Positions 1-13,808 of a DNA stretch of 64,000 nucleotides are shown in pieces. Origin of the DNA: Phoronis australis (Eukaryota > Animalia > Phoronida); assembly GCA_002633005.1 (NCBI GenBank), contig NMRA01000583.1, positions 156,044 to 220,043 of the forward strand, read 5' to 3'. The position numbers and the translations under genes are program-made. Every line of letters begins with the position of its first letter. Position 1 is the first letter of the stretch. The notes below the pieces were generated by a model. The model was not told where the DNA came from. It was given only the letters and a program-made list of their open reading frames with translations, and made no database searches.

Positions 1-1456
1 GTCATAAGTACGAAAATATACAGAACTCTAAGATCCTTTAAGACGATTGTCAATGTCGAACAAAAAGATCAAGCAAGCACCCCTGTTGGTGGTACTCGAC
101 CGTATTACATGACATATAGCGTGTTAAACAGGGAATTAGGAAACTATTATATTGCGATGTTGTTGTCTAAACTGTAATGATTGAGGGAGGACGGATATTG
201 AGCCTCACGAGAAGTTCCAAACCATCTAATTGCAGCAAGTTACTACACGTCTGGATCAGACTGCGTTAAAAGCGAGACTAACGGACGCCAGTACTATGAA
301 CTGACACCATCCATAGATGTCGCGGTAGTCAATGGTAGATATCTCTCATCGACTCCGAGCAAGTAAGTTATTAGAAACCTCAAATAACTGATTAGTTTTA
401 CGGTTGAAAATGATCAACTGAAAACTATTACTTCACCTAAAACAATACTACTTTGATAATACCTTCATGAATACAGGAGGAAAGATGATGTACATTGTCT
501 GAGAATACATTTTGGTTTCATGCTTTGCAGGGAAATGAATGTGAGAAATCTTTCCTGAATACTAATTGGTGCATGGATTTTTTTGATACTCTATTCATTC
601 ACAACATTTCCTTGAACTATAAAGGCAGCATCACTGAAATACGTACATGTGCAGATAAGGTTGCCTCTACAGCAAATTTTCACGCGACGACTGATAGCAC
701 TATTTCCACGCACGGAATAAATGTTCTGGTAAGCCAACACAAGATTTCGCTCCCATAAGAATCATCTTGCCCGTCCAATCAAGATGCTATTACAGCTGGT
801 TTCTATTAATAGAACGTACTATTCTGTTCTAATCAACTAAAATTTATTTTTTACTCAACTCTTTATTTTTGGTCGATTCAAAAACAAAAGAATTCCAATT
901 TCACAAAGAAATATGGTTGCGCGTTGTAATTGAGGTGATTTGCACCACCATTAGTGAGGGACTAATTGACTATAAAGATTAGAATGAGGTAACTTTCAAG
1001 GACTATAAATCACTATGTAGCCTGTGGCCTGCCAAACAGGAGGCAAAATGGTAAGTGAATATAAGACGAAAATGAATTGCAATTTGAATTGAAAAGCTAA
1101 CTTCTTATACTAGCACCGTCTATACTTGTAGTACCTGACCCATGTCTCGTAACCGACGAAGAAAATTACCCAGTAATTTAGCATAGGGCCTTATATTGTA
1201 GTATGGCCTCATGGTTGAAATTAAGGTCAGAATATTGTAATTGTACTCGTTTTATTTTTAAATCCTCCACGGTCATCCTACATGCCCACTTAAGGACAGC
1301 GTGCTCGCAAATTTGAAGTTAAGTACGTGATTTCACTGTCAGTAATAACTAATGCAATATTTTGATGGAACACAAAATCAATATAATTGTAGATGATTAT
1401 AGATGATGGGTAGAAAAGAAATGAAATGACCTTAGATTTAGCCATAATAAGACCAG

Positions 1457-1857
1457 GGCCTGGTCTCTAATCTTTGTACTCGAAACGAACTCGAAACTAT
1501 TTTTGGCAATTTCTCTGCTCCTTTTGTGCGAACTTAAGATAATTGGTTATCAGACTGTGCTCGAATACATTATAGTTTATGCATAGGAGTTTCTAGTTCA
1601 AGTTTGCCCTTGAGGACACTGATATTCGTGTTACAAACTCGAGTAAAAACTTGAAATTTCGAGTTCAAACTCGAACTTATTGCTTTAATATTGGGTTTAC
1701 AAACTGTGAACTAAGGGCAATAAATTATCTACGTAAGTTATTGTGTACTCGAGCATAGAATATTAGACACTTATCCTGAGTTCGCCCAAAAGTACAGTAG
1801 AAAATGCCAAACCTAATTTCGAGTTCCATTTCGAGTAAAGAGATTGGAGACCGGGCC
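1457..1857. mobile_element. Harbinger-type MITE with CAG TSD
   Basis: About 40-bp imperfect TIRs GGCC(T/C)GGTCTC(T/C)AATCT..TACTCGAAA..GAACTCGAAA; CAG flanks at 1454-1456 and 1858-1860. Confidence 0.8.
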
Positions 1858-3032
1858 CAGTATACATGTGGAGATATGCAAATTTGTAGTGGCATGAACA
1901 GTAAAACTAGTACTTTAAAGTTGAGTGCACGAGGCAAACTGACTGAGTAGTCGAAAGACGCACCTTGATATCAACAGAGATTCTCAATTCATTTTGCTTT
2001 AGGTGCTACATGGCTTTCAAGTCCGACCGAGATATGGTGGCAGATTTCTTGCTCCTCAACATTACTAACGCGGGAGTGACGTTGTACGTGTACAGCTCAA
2101 CAAACGACGCACCTTATTGGGTAATGTCATAGATTTTGGAAACAATGTGACACGGTTGTATGCGCCTACCCCACGTTTCAGTCCCTTATATGGTCGCCAT
2201 GTAGACATGCGGATTGGTGTGTTGTGACCGCGGCCACACGGACCCGTTTATTTGTCAACATTTATAACTATTTATTCTGGAAGTCCTTCTTAATGAATTA
2301 ACAGTGGTTTCCAGGAGGGCTCTACCAATGAGAATATGGTATATGTACGCAGTATTGAACAGAAGGCCAGAGATAAGAACATTGTCAGACACTTTTTCAT
2401 ACTGATAGAAATCAAGTGGCGACTTTCTATTTCTGAAAGAAAAAGGCGCCTGTCCTTTCAATACCGTGGTATACATGGCAACATCAACTAAAACTTAATA
2501 AGTTTAAAAAGAATCTATAATTTTTAATAAAGTGTGCAAAATTAAATCGTGAACAAATAAGATAAACATACGTAACAGTGAGTACACAAGTAAAGCAATA
2601 CAATGCATGAAACAGTAAATTAAGATATCAATAGAAACAAGAGTAAAACTGAGACATATACTGAGATTCGAAGCACTTTAAATGGCAGCAATATTTGACT
2701 TTGAACTCGGCTATTGCTGTTGACTTTCGCAAAAGATCGCCTTCCATTGATTGCTGACACATTATGACAAACGAAATGAAAACGGTAGCCTGGCATTACC
2801 TCAGCCGAGGACTCATCCACTGCGGTTCGCAGTTCACCGACCGTCAGTTTGAATAGGGCAGTCCGGATTACACGGCGACACTCAAACCTCGCTGTAATTA
2901 CCCACAATGCCGTAAACATGCGTCGGGCCCATTTGCTACCTCTTTTTCGTGCCATTGGAGATGGCACATTATTTGCTATTGTCTGATTCTTTTCAAGTTA
3001 TTCTCAGATCCATTTCTCTATTCGTCCTTCCA

Positions 3033-4030
3033 ATGCCAACGAAGTATAATTACTGCTTTGCTGTGGGCTGCAACTCCGACGTAAGAACGTTTGACGCGGG
3101 ATGTGAAATTCTTCGCCTTTCCGACATCAACGAGAGACACCAAAATGTGCCTGATTTACAAAACGAGATCATGCACTTTCTTAACTCTGAGACAAACGAA
3201 AGTTCTACCGCCCTGTAATCCGGGATGGCCTTATTCTACGGGAGCGTCTGAACCAGTGTTCCAGTTTACAAGTTCGTGACAATATCCCGCTACCGCGGCG
3301 AGGAGAGCGCGCATTTTTTACTTCTCGATCGAATCTTTGTGTATATTCTGATTTCTATGGTCTCAGCCTGTTTGTATACGATCTAAGGATATTTGGCTGA
3401 AAACTGTAATTATCTAAATGATCTTAACCGTTGCATGAATGTCTCAACGAAACTGTTAATTCGAGCAATGAACTGCAGAACATAAAGTTCCCCACACCGG
3501 TTGGCCAGTATTAATTGTCCGGTACTTTGACAAGTTAATGTCATAAATCCGGTCATTAATTGCCATTCAGGTCGTCAGCATGCAAGACAAGATTTTCTCA
3601 GTATCAGGTGTTTCGATTTACTGCAGAAAAAGGTAAGTTCAGCAAAAAATATGTCGTAACTTAGCCAAACAGTGCTGTTACGTGATCGATGGAGTTTATC
3701 TCCTAACGTGTTGCCGACATATCTCTTGCGGGATTTTGTTTAGCTCTACGCAACCTGTCCACCAATTTCCGAAATGTCACCAATGCCTTGAAGAATAATA
3801 GCGAGTTAGCGAGGACTTTCATTTAAATTCTTGTTGAGTTATTTAACGACCTTTTAAGTTAAGGTAATATCCGCTACTCCCATTTCCGAAATGCGGAGTC
3901 GTAATGTTGTTAAAAATGAAATCGAAGCTAGTAAAGCACAACTCTTTCTTGACAATTCATCGGGCAAGTACCGAAGCCCTCTTTCAAAAGCATTTATAAA
4001 GTCATTTTTGACATTTCCAAGGTTGAAAAG
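3033..4030 (+). mobile_element. Degraded THAP-domain transposase remnant (THAP + HTH_Tnp_4-like)
   Basis: MPTKYNYCFAVGCNS then (frameshift) DVKFFAFPT and HF, matching the THAP C2CH layout; downstream GKYRSPLSKAFIKSFLTFPRLK resembles the HTH_Tnp_4 motif. Confidence 0.55.
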
Positions 4031-5705
4031 TTTTGATTATCGCTCAAAACACTATTCAAATGGTTATAGAAACGTATGTGAAACTCTCTTTGATTGAAAG
4101 TACCTGGACGTTTACACAACAAACATCGAGTTTTAAGGCTTGTTACAAGAAGTAATTCCGTGGTATGCACTCGAGTGTTGCTCTGTTGATTAATAATATT
4201 TAGGGGCGATCGGACAGTAAATGATACTCGCTACCGGACCTTATGTGTAGGCCTCTGAAATTTGAACAAAATACATAGTTTCGTTGTCATTTCTTATCAG
4301 CAATAGTAAGTGCCTGTACATGGCACGTAAAATATCATATACTAAGTTTTCTTCAACATACCCTGTGTCAAATGTGCCGTGTGTTTGGGATCACCAATTG
4401 AACCAGATCGGACACCTTAATGTGGGATTGTATGGACTGTCGTTCAAGCTGAGCGTTATCGCCACAAAAGTTACTGTAGGAGCAGGATAGCATTAGTGTT
4501 AGCGAGAATAACATTGCTACGCAAACTCAACCATGCATGTGACACTTGAGATGCAGAGGACGTACTTAATTTCAAATGAGAAATTGTACACTTAGCTTTG
4601 TCACACACCGACGACAATGAAAAGGTGTGAACTCTTTTTTGAACCACGTGCAAACAGAACTGCCATTATTTGCAATAAACCATCCGTGCTCATCAAATTG
4701 CAAGGTGTAAAACCTAAATGAGAAAAGAAATAGATTTAAGCTATATTTTGTTATGACGACATGAATAAACAGTGATACTATTGATGCATGAAATTAAATA
4801 GTTAAATTACACCGTTAATATAAAAAGGGTGATGAACCCTGATTTATTGCCATAAAACTAAAAATTTTTAATGCGTAAATACAATGTGCCAAATGGAATT
4901 TTAAAATGTAATGATATTTTATTTTGCACTGGTCAGATAACTTGTATTTCTGTCGCTTTGGTTGACTATACGACCGCCGTGTAGCAAAACTGAATCACAT
5001 GACTGACAACTTTTCGCTGAGTTATGTCTTTATTTAAAAAATTAGGTTCTACTTGTCCAATTGAAGGTGACAGGACCAGCTTAGGGTAAAATTTGCAAAT
5101 CAGGACTGTAAAACCAAATTATGTAAAATCAACCCAGATGATGAATGCGAAATGTTTGTAGATAGGAAAGATGCAAAGGGTGTCTCTAAAGTTAATGTGA
5201 TTTCACCAGTGGAGCCTACCACTGAGGCCTAGCAACTGAAACTTGTCGCCTCACTAGATCCGTTGCAGGTCCCCCCACTTCGAACCTTACCGCGTTTTAG
5301 GTTCTGGAAAACGACGTACTTGCCGCGGCAGTAATCGTACACAAATAAAATGGGCCGCACTTATACTACACCGTTGTCTCAGTTACTTGCCAACCTGAAT
5401 TACGATCAATATTCAAACGAAAAATTGTCAGTAGTAGGCAACACTATGCCTAATTACTTTGGGCGCTGTCTGGGATATCTGAGCGTAAAATTGCACTACA
5501 TAAATACCATAGATTATGATAGATACAATGTTCATAAAATTTCAACATTTTCTTCTCAATGTAATTGTTATGCTTGACAATGTATTTTTTTCGTGTTCAC
5601 GTCGGAATGAGCCACTCTTTAGTCCGGCAATCAAGGTTGATGAAAACATTCGTATTTTTAGCAAGTTTTCATTCAAATGTTTATCAACGTCGAATAAATT
5701 TCAAA

Positions 5706-5793
5706 ATGAAACTCGCGTTTGCGACTATTGCTGTAATACTTATATTTTGCATTTTGTAACAACGACAGTACATGGTGCAGTACTTCCGTTGCT
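5706..5793 (+). pseudogene. Signal-peptide exon with a 1-nt frameshift (pseudogene or assembly indel)
   Basis: CAAAATG start gives MKLAFATIAVILIFCI; restoring one T in the ATTTTG run continues FVTTTVHG/AVLPLL to a phase-1 donor G|gtaaca. Confidence 0.45.
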
Positions 5794-6935
5794 AGGTAAC
5801 ACCGAGCCAAATATTGCGGATGTCGACGACATCTTGTGAGGCAATTAACAAGACAGTTAAGGAAGGAAAATAAATGAAACCCAGTTACCAAAATAAACAT
5901 GATCACTTAGCGTTGCATTTGATATCCGATATTGTAACCTAATATCACGCTTTTTGGACTGAAATTACCGCATGCGATTACACGTAGAATGGTGACCCGA
6001 TTGTGTTCGCTTACACAGTACATGATTAATATGGTGGATATTATTAGGCTTCAGGTTCGCAGCAGTGAATTAAATTAACTTAGTGATTTATTGTCACATT
6101 GCCCAAATTCTAATTTGAAATATGGAAAAGTAGTACCTCACGGTACGTTTTATATTCATCACATATGCTTTTTAAGTTTCTTTCATTTTTCTGCAGTTTT
6201 TTCAAATACGTCACCCAAACTGTTCACGTGGTGGATCACATTCCATTTGTGTGTACTTGCGCGTTAGGTTACACGTTTTCTCTAGTAAAAGAAACGATTA
6301 GTTTTAAGTTGGACGATTTATTACTTGAATCTAGATGGCAAAAATGAAAATAACGTTAACTGTGCATTGAACTTGTAACATTTCCTGAAAATAGTTAAAT
6401 AATAACTATGTTCGATATTGTGGTTACCAAGGAATCGGCTTCTTAGTTGCACACGATATAACATTTAGCAGCTGGAAACTGAAAAAGAAGTGTCATATAA
6501 TTAACATTTTTGTTCCAGATGTTACGTTTGAGAGCTGATTGTATGTTGAGTGTTATTCACCGGTTGCACCTGGTCTGTTTGGCTCTCTATGATAATATAC
6601 AAAGCTTGTTACAGCGTTTTTGAGACTTCAATTGAACACATATTTTATATTAAACGACATTTAGTATGCTACTGATACCCTGAATTTGCTATCAATGTTC
6701 TTTTGTCCCAACTTTTACTAAAAAGATTTGGTGATGTGGTCCAAATAATGACAGATGGGTGAAGTGCAACAAGCGACCTCTACAGGTTCTTTACTTTCAG
6801 AAAATGTATACTTTTACATGGTTAAAACCAATAGTTTTGTAGTGATCTGACAAAATACATAGACTTGTCCTTCATAACCTTTATTTGATACGGTTTGAGA
6901 CTCACTTTCAAACTTTTATTCTATATGATGGTTGC

Positions 6936-7452
6936 CTAGTTACGAAGGCCCATGAGTGCCAGAAATGAATCTGGTTATTACGGATAACCAATCCTTAGTC
7001 CATGGGCGGCGCACCATAGGGGGCTGGGGAGCTATAGCCCCACTTCTCTTAGTGCTGCGCATAGGCGGATTTAGGGGGGCAGGGGGGGCCGCCCCTCCCC
7101 CCCCTTGGCTACCGCAAGCAAAATGAAACAGCAACAGTGTGAAGCGTGAGGAAATATTAAGTTCAGCAATTGGGGGTTGGGCTCAGGTCCCACAGGAATG
7201 ATTGGTCCCGTCTTTTTAGTCCATTGATAGCTTTTCCTGAACCCGAACGGATCAGGTTCACATTCCTGCCGCCGCAACTTAATTTAGGGCGCTTTGCCCA
7301 ATTCCCCGAGGCAACATGTTGGGCCCCCCTTATGGTATCCTAGCTCCGCCACTGCTGCGCCACCCATGGTCTACGGGCGGAGCACCATAGGGGGTGCCGC
7401 CCATGTTATAACAGATTCAAATTTTCTGGCTTTTACGGGCCTTCGTAACTAG
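6936..7452. mobile_element. Palindromic MITE with nested GC-rich insertions
   Basis: Outer arms CTAGTTACGAAGGCCC...GCCAGAAA..GAATCTG; middle element CATGGGCGGCGCA...TGCGCCACCCATG 7001-7368; inner element 7061-7352 with 8-bp TSD TGCTGCGC. Confidence 0.75.
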
Positions 7453-8242
7453 TCGCCTACTTGCCACAAAAAATGTTTCAGTGGACCCGTGTTTTCAATT
7501 CTGGTGCGCTGTCGTGTGATTTTTCGTTATATTGTTTACACGGCAAAAATTGTATTGGCAATTACCCGGTGTTTATGAGCCGACATCCGTCCCACAATGC
7601 ATTTCAAGAACGACAGCATACGTACCGAAATCTCCCAAATTCTCACACTGCCGTGTTAGTCTAACCATCCAACCACTCAGTTTCAGTTGAGGTTACTTAG
7701 TGACCTGGCTACTTGTTAAGTCAGCCGCTTGCGTGAACATGTGTGTGATCTCCCTTCACTCGTAAAACAATTATGGGGATTGGTCCTGGGAAATATGACA
7801 TGGCAACTTGTTTTACGTGAAACAACGTTGCAATGAAAAATGTGTGCATGCATATCTACATGTTTGTCGACCTGGTTCACAACCAATCATCCTTATTAAT
7901 TTACAGACCCTAACCACTGGATCCGCCACACCTAGGAGTTCTATTACGTCGTCTCATGTTGCCTTGCGATTGGAACTGTCTCCCAACCATGTCTACTCTA
8001 ATGACAGCTTCCGTTTCACGATGAAACTCTATAGAATACCAGGTACATTAAATTATATTGGTTAAATATCCTATTTATGACTTATATTAGCTTATCAACT
8101 GTAGGAATTCTATCCGTTTATAGTTTTCAGTTAGAGTTCAGCGGGACAACAGTTAGCCGCATCGAGTCGCCTAACCCCTTATACACGCTGAAATTAAAGT
8201 CGATGCGACAACTACTTTCTTTACCAAGTTTAGTTCAGAAAC

Positions 8243-8420
8243 GCAATGTGTCACACACGGCAAACTCCTAAAATAAAGGACGATGCCGGTAAACAAAACG
8301 TACGCGATGTTTCACAAATGCCAAACTCCTTAAGTAAAGGGCGCGTGCCAGTAGACAAAGTGCAATGTGCCACAGACGGGAAAATCCGGAAGCAAAAGGC
8401 ACATTTCAGTAAACAAAACG
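8243..8420. repeat. Three degenerate ~58-bp tandem units
   Basis: GC(A/G)ATGT..CACA...G..AAA.TCC..AA..AAAGG....T...GTA.ACAAA repeated three times. Confidence 0.65.
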
Positions 8421-11181
8421 ATCTACTCTTGCCATATTTTTCTTTTAATAAAAACATTGATATTGGAAGTAACGCTGAATCAGCAACGATGTGAACACGT
8501 TCGTAACGTAAGCATCCACAATAAACTCTACACTTGAAAAACTGTCAACATTGTGTTTCTCACGAAATCAAATACACTTTTTAATTTGGATTCCACACTT
8601 GAAAAATGTATTCAGATTGGGCAAAAAGGAAAGTCGGGGTTATATTACGGGGTATAAAAACAAATAAATAATTTTGTGAGTATCATGTCAGACACTTTGA
8701 ATCACAGAAATGTACAGGTGATGTAAGCATGTGTCATTGATTGACCGTAAGTCGCAATACAACTCAATATATACTGTACAAGTAGGGCGCCGGATTCGTT
8801 ACTGTGTCTCATCGGCACACTGTGTTATATTATTGTACTGCATACTGGGCTAAGAAATAGTTTTTCTCACATGACCTGGAATGTGTTAATAGACGACTGG
8901 TTAATAACACCGAGTAGGTAATTTTTGATATTACATTGGCGAACTAGAACTAAACGTGCAAAGTAGAAATCCAGACGCCTTACATTTTATCGCCTGCAAA
9001 AAAGCAAATGCGCGCCAGCCAAACAATGCAGGAATTCCGATTTGACAAGGTTATGATTGACAAATGGAGTGTCGCAAGTGTACGTATTCTCAGTCGGAAG
9101 GACATGCAAACAGCTTCTTAAACGAACCCATTTTCGACGGCTAATTCCATATCCATGCACGTTCATTCAAACGGAGACGAACCCCAACTCAACTGAGAAA
9201 CGCGGTGAGACTGTGTCTGTGTTGTCTCAAGCCGGAGGCAAAACGTACCCGCTCATCCAAAACCTTTTCCACAAAAAGATGGCGCTTCCCATCAATCACG
9301 TGGTTTCTCATTTACTTATCGCTAAGGGACGCACTCGGCTGACTGCTAACGGAGACCGTCAACGTCTTTGCTGCTAAGAACTTAGGGGAGAATCTTGACA
9401 AAGCACCTTGACCTACATTCCGCTGCGGCTGACGTCACAGGGACTAAGTAAAAATTAGCCCCAGGTCACGAGAGTTCATGAACCAGAAAATGGTAGCGTA
9501 TTTGTGTGGAAAATAAATTTTTGTGTCCAACGTTGAATCAACTCATTGTTTCAAAACCCCGTTTGTAATAATAATTTGTAACTTATAAGAATTAAGATGA
9601 AAGCTAACAGAAAATCTACGCTGTTGAGGTTAGTGAATCTCAGCCTACATGCGGGTAATTATGTATTCAATGAACGTGACCATGATGGTGACCAGGCGAC
9701 ATATATAACTCTTTCAAATAAACCTTTTTTCTCTTCAATCTCTAGCTTTTCAGCGAACTCATTGGTCAGTACTTGTCGCAACGTTCACCCGATAAACTTC
9801 ATATAATAAATTATTTCACCATGCGGTAAATCGCACAAAATTCTTAGTTGGAGTTCGGGCAAACACCGGCGCGCTGCCGAGTGTCCCCATAATTGAAACC
9901 AAATGAATTAGGATAATGAAAATTTATCCTTTACGTCAAAAATGCATAAAGATCTTTGGCAATTCACTTTTAGTTGTTACGCAAATTCCCCGTGGTGTTG
10001 AGATTAAACATTCTGTCGGGCCATTTTTTTCTGTGTTATTCAACTTTTTTAGTTAGGCGCAGTGAGGTGTAATTCATATTCCAATTTGCAGACTACAATG
10101 TTGCAAACCTTTGAGGAGCATGTGCCTCTTGACTTTGCCACCACACCAGCTTTTCAAGCGGCTAAAAACCAGGCCCACTTTCCACGTGGCTTACCGAGAT
10201 TTTGTCAACTCATGCAATATTTAATTAGGTTGAAATCGAACCACCCATATTTTTAAATTATTCGCGAATTATACATGTACATGATGTGCATGTTAAGTTT
10301 CATTCTTTTTAGATATTTTCGGTCTTCAATGTTTCGTTAGCCAATAAAGGTCCAGCAGACACAACGGCAGCTAAGGCGCGGGCCTGGCGGCTGTCAATAT
10401 TTTATGTATAGGCAAAGGCAAAAGAGACTGGTTTCAATATATATAAGTATCAATTTAAGCATCTGAACACAGCTTCTAGCATGCACTATAAACATGTTGG
10501 TGGCCATGATTAATAACAGCTAACAGTTTAAACAAAAAGTGAAGCACTGATCTCGTATTGTTACAACTTCGCGGTGTGACGTAAGCAGCTGTAGAATGTG
10601 CTTGGTCAAAATTCTATCAGATTTCCCACCAGAATGTCACATGATTGTGAGCAGCGCTACCTCTTAGTAAAGCGTCACTGCATCCAGCGCTATCTGTTTG
10701 TGGTAAAGGTTTTGGATGAGCGGGTACCTTTTGCGTCTCAAGCTCAATTCAGTGCTCACGCTCGGGGAAGCCTTGCTGACAGTTATTTATAAACATTTTT
10801 TTAAGTTTTAATGTTACAACTTCAATGATTATTTATTAGATTTTAACTTGAATATTTGCAATTCACGATTGTTAAGTTTAAAATAAAACTATTAACAAAC
10901 TGAATTACTTTACATTGCGCAAGTGTGTTTTTACAAAAATTGCGTCATGTGGTTGAAAGTTCTATACACGTCCAGTTTTTCGGCAAAAAGGTGGTTCATG
11001 TGAAAAAACAACAGCCTCCGGATTTCGACAAAATTTCCAAACAGCTTTGCCCATGTCATAAACCTGAGACGAGTGTAGGATACTGTATTTGCGTACTGTT
11101 TTGGAGACAGAAGTGTGTATGTGCTTCACGCTCCCGTAATTGATTCTGTTTAATCTTGATTGTCTCATTATCTCATTACAG

Positions 11182-11312
11182 ACGCTCCAACCGCTCAAAA
11201 GCTAACCGGTAGCAACGACCTCACTGTTTTTCTAAGTGCTGGTATTTCTGGTGGAGGTGGCTCTCTGCTTGTTATGTGTTGTTGCATTTATTGCTGCTGC
11301 GTCAAAAAATGA
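11182..11312 (+). CDS. Terminal exon encoding a transmembrane segment plus Cys-rich short cytoplasmic tail
   Basis: ctcattacag acceptor, phase 1: xAPTAQKLTGSNDLTVFLSAGISGGGGSLLVMCCCIYCCCVKK-stop, followed by AT-rich 3'UTR-like sequence. Confidence 0.6.
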
Positions 11313-12928
11313 GCGATACAACTCATTCAAGTGCTGAAGTTAAAAAATACGCAACCTAGTATAAAATCACATACTTTTATAATTAATGTTAAAACCAAAA
11401 TTCGACAAAATGCAGCAAAATAATAGGATTTGACGTAATAATTTTACCCGCAGAAACAATTCATCTTTAAATTAAGAAGCAAACTATCTTTGCGTGTGAA
11501 TTAAAAGTTTAGATACAGCCTCCTAGATTACATGGAAGATGAAATATTTTTGTGTTTTGATTGACCTGTTAGAAATACTACGATTATGGGTTGGATTATG
11601 GGCTCTCATCGTGAGTCAAGTTTCACTGAGCCAAAAACACGTGACCGTCCAGCAGACTGAGGACCCACCAAGTTACTCCCTTGGGTGTCTGGTCTTGGAA
11701 TTGCTCAAAAACATTTATTGAACTTGTGCTCTTGATTGGCATTCAGGCATTTGTATAAGCATTTTATTAACTCCCATAACGTATAAGAACATGCAGCTAA
11801 GGTCTACCGACAGAATAAATAAAGGCTCGATCATTAAGCGGTTTACAGTACATGTAGTTTTAAACTGCTGGTTGTATGCTATTTTCGTTAATAAACAATA
11901 TAAACAGCTTGATTTGAGAGTATTTTTATCCGTTTTAATTACAAGCACTTGATGCACAGCAGTAGCTGAGTAGATACGATGTGAGGCAGACTCCAGAGCC
12001 TATGTCAGTGCATACGACACCCGCTGCACACACTGGCTTATGCGGTTTAACCCTGTCGTGCAAACAGATTTATAGCAGGTACACTGTACATTGTAATACA
12101 CTGTCACAATGTGCATTGAATTCACATGAGATTGGAGGGTCGGAGCGTGTTGGGTGTTACAGCTCCACTGCATACCTACGATTTCATAGGCCCCTGCGCA
12201 ATTGTTTATATCCTGAATTAGGTGCTTGCGCCAAGGGAAGCATTCAAAAAGATAAGAACCCCGTTTTCATGATTTCAACCGATCCTCGTCCTGTCACCTA
12301 CAGATGCATCATTGACGTCAACCTTGAAAGAAAGCAGGAATCAACTAAAAGCTCGTTCTCCTATTTCACAAACTGGACATTATAGTCCTTGGTGGGTGGG
12401 ATTTTCCGACAGTTGCCGTGTAATTCGCTAAAGCGTAGGTCACGTTTGCCCGTTTAGCAAAAATTGGAAAGGAGTTTTCACTAAATTCCCTTTCAAACTT
12501 TTAAGGGTTGTCCAGGGTTACAGGGCATTATTTTGTTTCAGAGAAGTGGACGTTTTTATTATCTGTTTTAACATGATACCTATTAAAATAGGCCAAAACC
12601 GGCTTTGGTATCCTTTTAAGTAAAGCCGCTGGTCTCCGCTTCACAGAACACCATTGTCGGCAGTTAATAGTGCACGTTTCCCTATTTTCTCGCCAGACGT
12701 CGCTTTTTTCGGTGTGGTTTCCCATTTCTTCACGCTTATTCGATACTAAGTTCGCATCCATTTTCGTGTGACGCCGGTTATCGTGTACGTTACGACATAT
12801 ATTTGTACATTATAATGTCGCACGGGAAATGACGAATTGCATTGTATCGAATGAGCTTATATTTCCGCGTTCTAATTCCCGGGCACGCCAAAACACAAAC
12901 AATGACATTGCCGGGATAATTTCTTGGC

Positions 12929-13114
12929 ATAGAGCTTATTAAAGCAGTGGTTATTTATAGAAGAGCCTCTTTTAGGTTAAAAATGTAGTTGAGAGATAAA
13001 TATAACGAGGCACTCAAAAAACAAGTTTACACTGTGATTAAGCACAAAGTGCATTGTTTTTAAAACCTAAAATGAGACTCTTCGTAATATGGCGACTACG
13101 TGAATAAGTTCTAT
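12929..13114. mobile_element. Short foldback MITE
   Basis: About 55-bp imperfect inverted arms ATAGA(G/A)CTTATT...GAAGAG(C/T)CTC..TTTAGGTT..AAAA. Confidence 0.7.
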
Positions 13115-13808
13115 TGCAGCGTACGGTGTACATTTGACCATTGCTTTATGGCCTAGATCCAGATGTCCCGCTTTTCCATTTTCGAACGTTGCCAATTATG
13201 TACATGTATATATATATATCTGGATTTTTAGCAAACTGTGAGGGTACACTTGTAGAAAATTAATGTGCTCATGATATTTGGCAGCTTATGAACATGTGAG
13301 ATCTGAAAATAATTTTGATTCGGATGTTATCAATCTAACAATATACAGTATTCAACTGAATAATTAGTGAAACCCTAACATATAAGTAAAAAGTACAACA
13401 TTTGTACGAATTGCCTAATAGACAGTTATCAAGAGGGTGAAAAAACATCGCATTTGATGATAACAACCTGAAACGCGTTCAAACAGTGATTGTGGAGAAT
13501 GTCAAGAGGAAAACGCCGTGAGACCAGTCCTACTTCATGTTTGTTTTTGTGATAAGGAATCCATGATTTAAATACCTTGTAGCCCAGTTTAGTTGATGAT
13601 ACTATGACTATCACATTTTAAATAGTTACTTCACCAGAGAGATTTGACCTTCGGTATGCCAGACGTTTTTACTTCCGCGTAAACAACTGCCAGCCGACAG
13701 CCAATAGTGCGTTGTGTGTTGTTGTCAGTGGCGTCAGAGTGCGAGCCCTGGGAACCAAGTTAGTAAAATTGTAGAGCAAATCTTCAAAACATCATGCGAG
13801 CGAAATTT

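Noticed and set aside
5516-5839. 107-aa ORF with CDYCCNT, reminiscent of a Ly6/three-finger C-terminus
   Set aside because: Lacks the terminal CN and other Cys; better explained as the off-frame reading of the frameshifted signal-peptide exon
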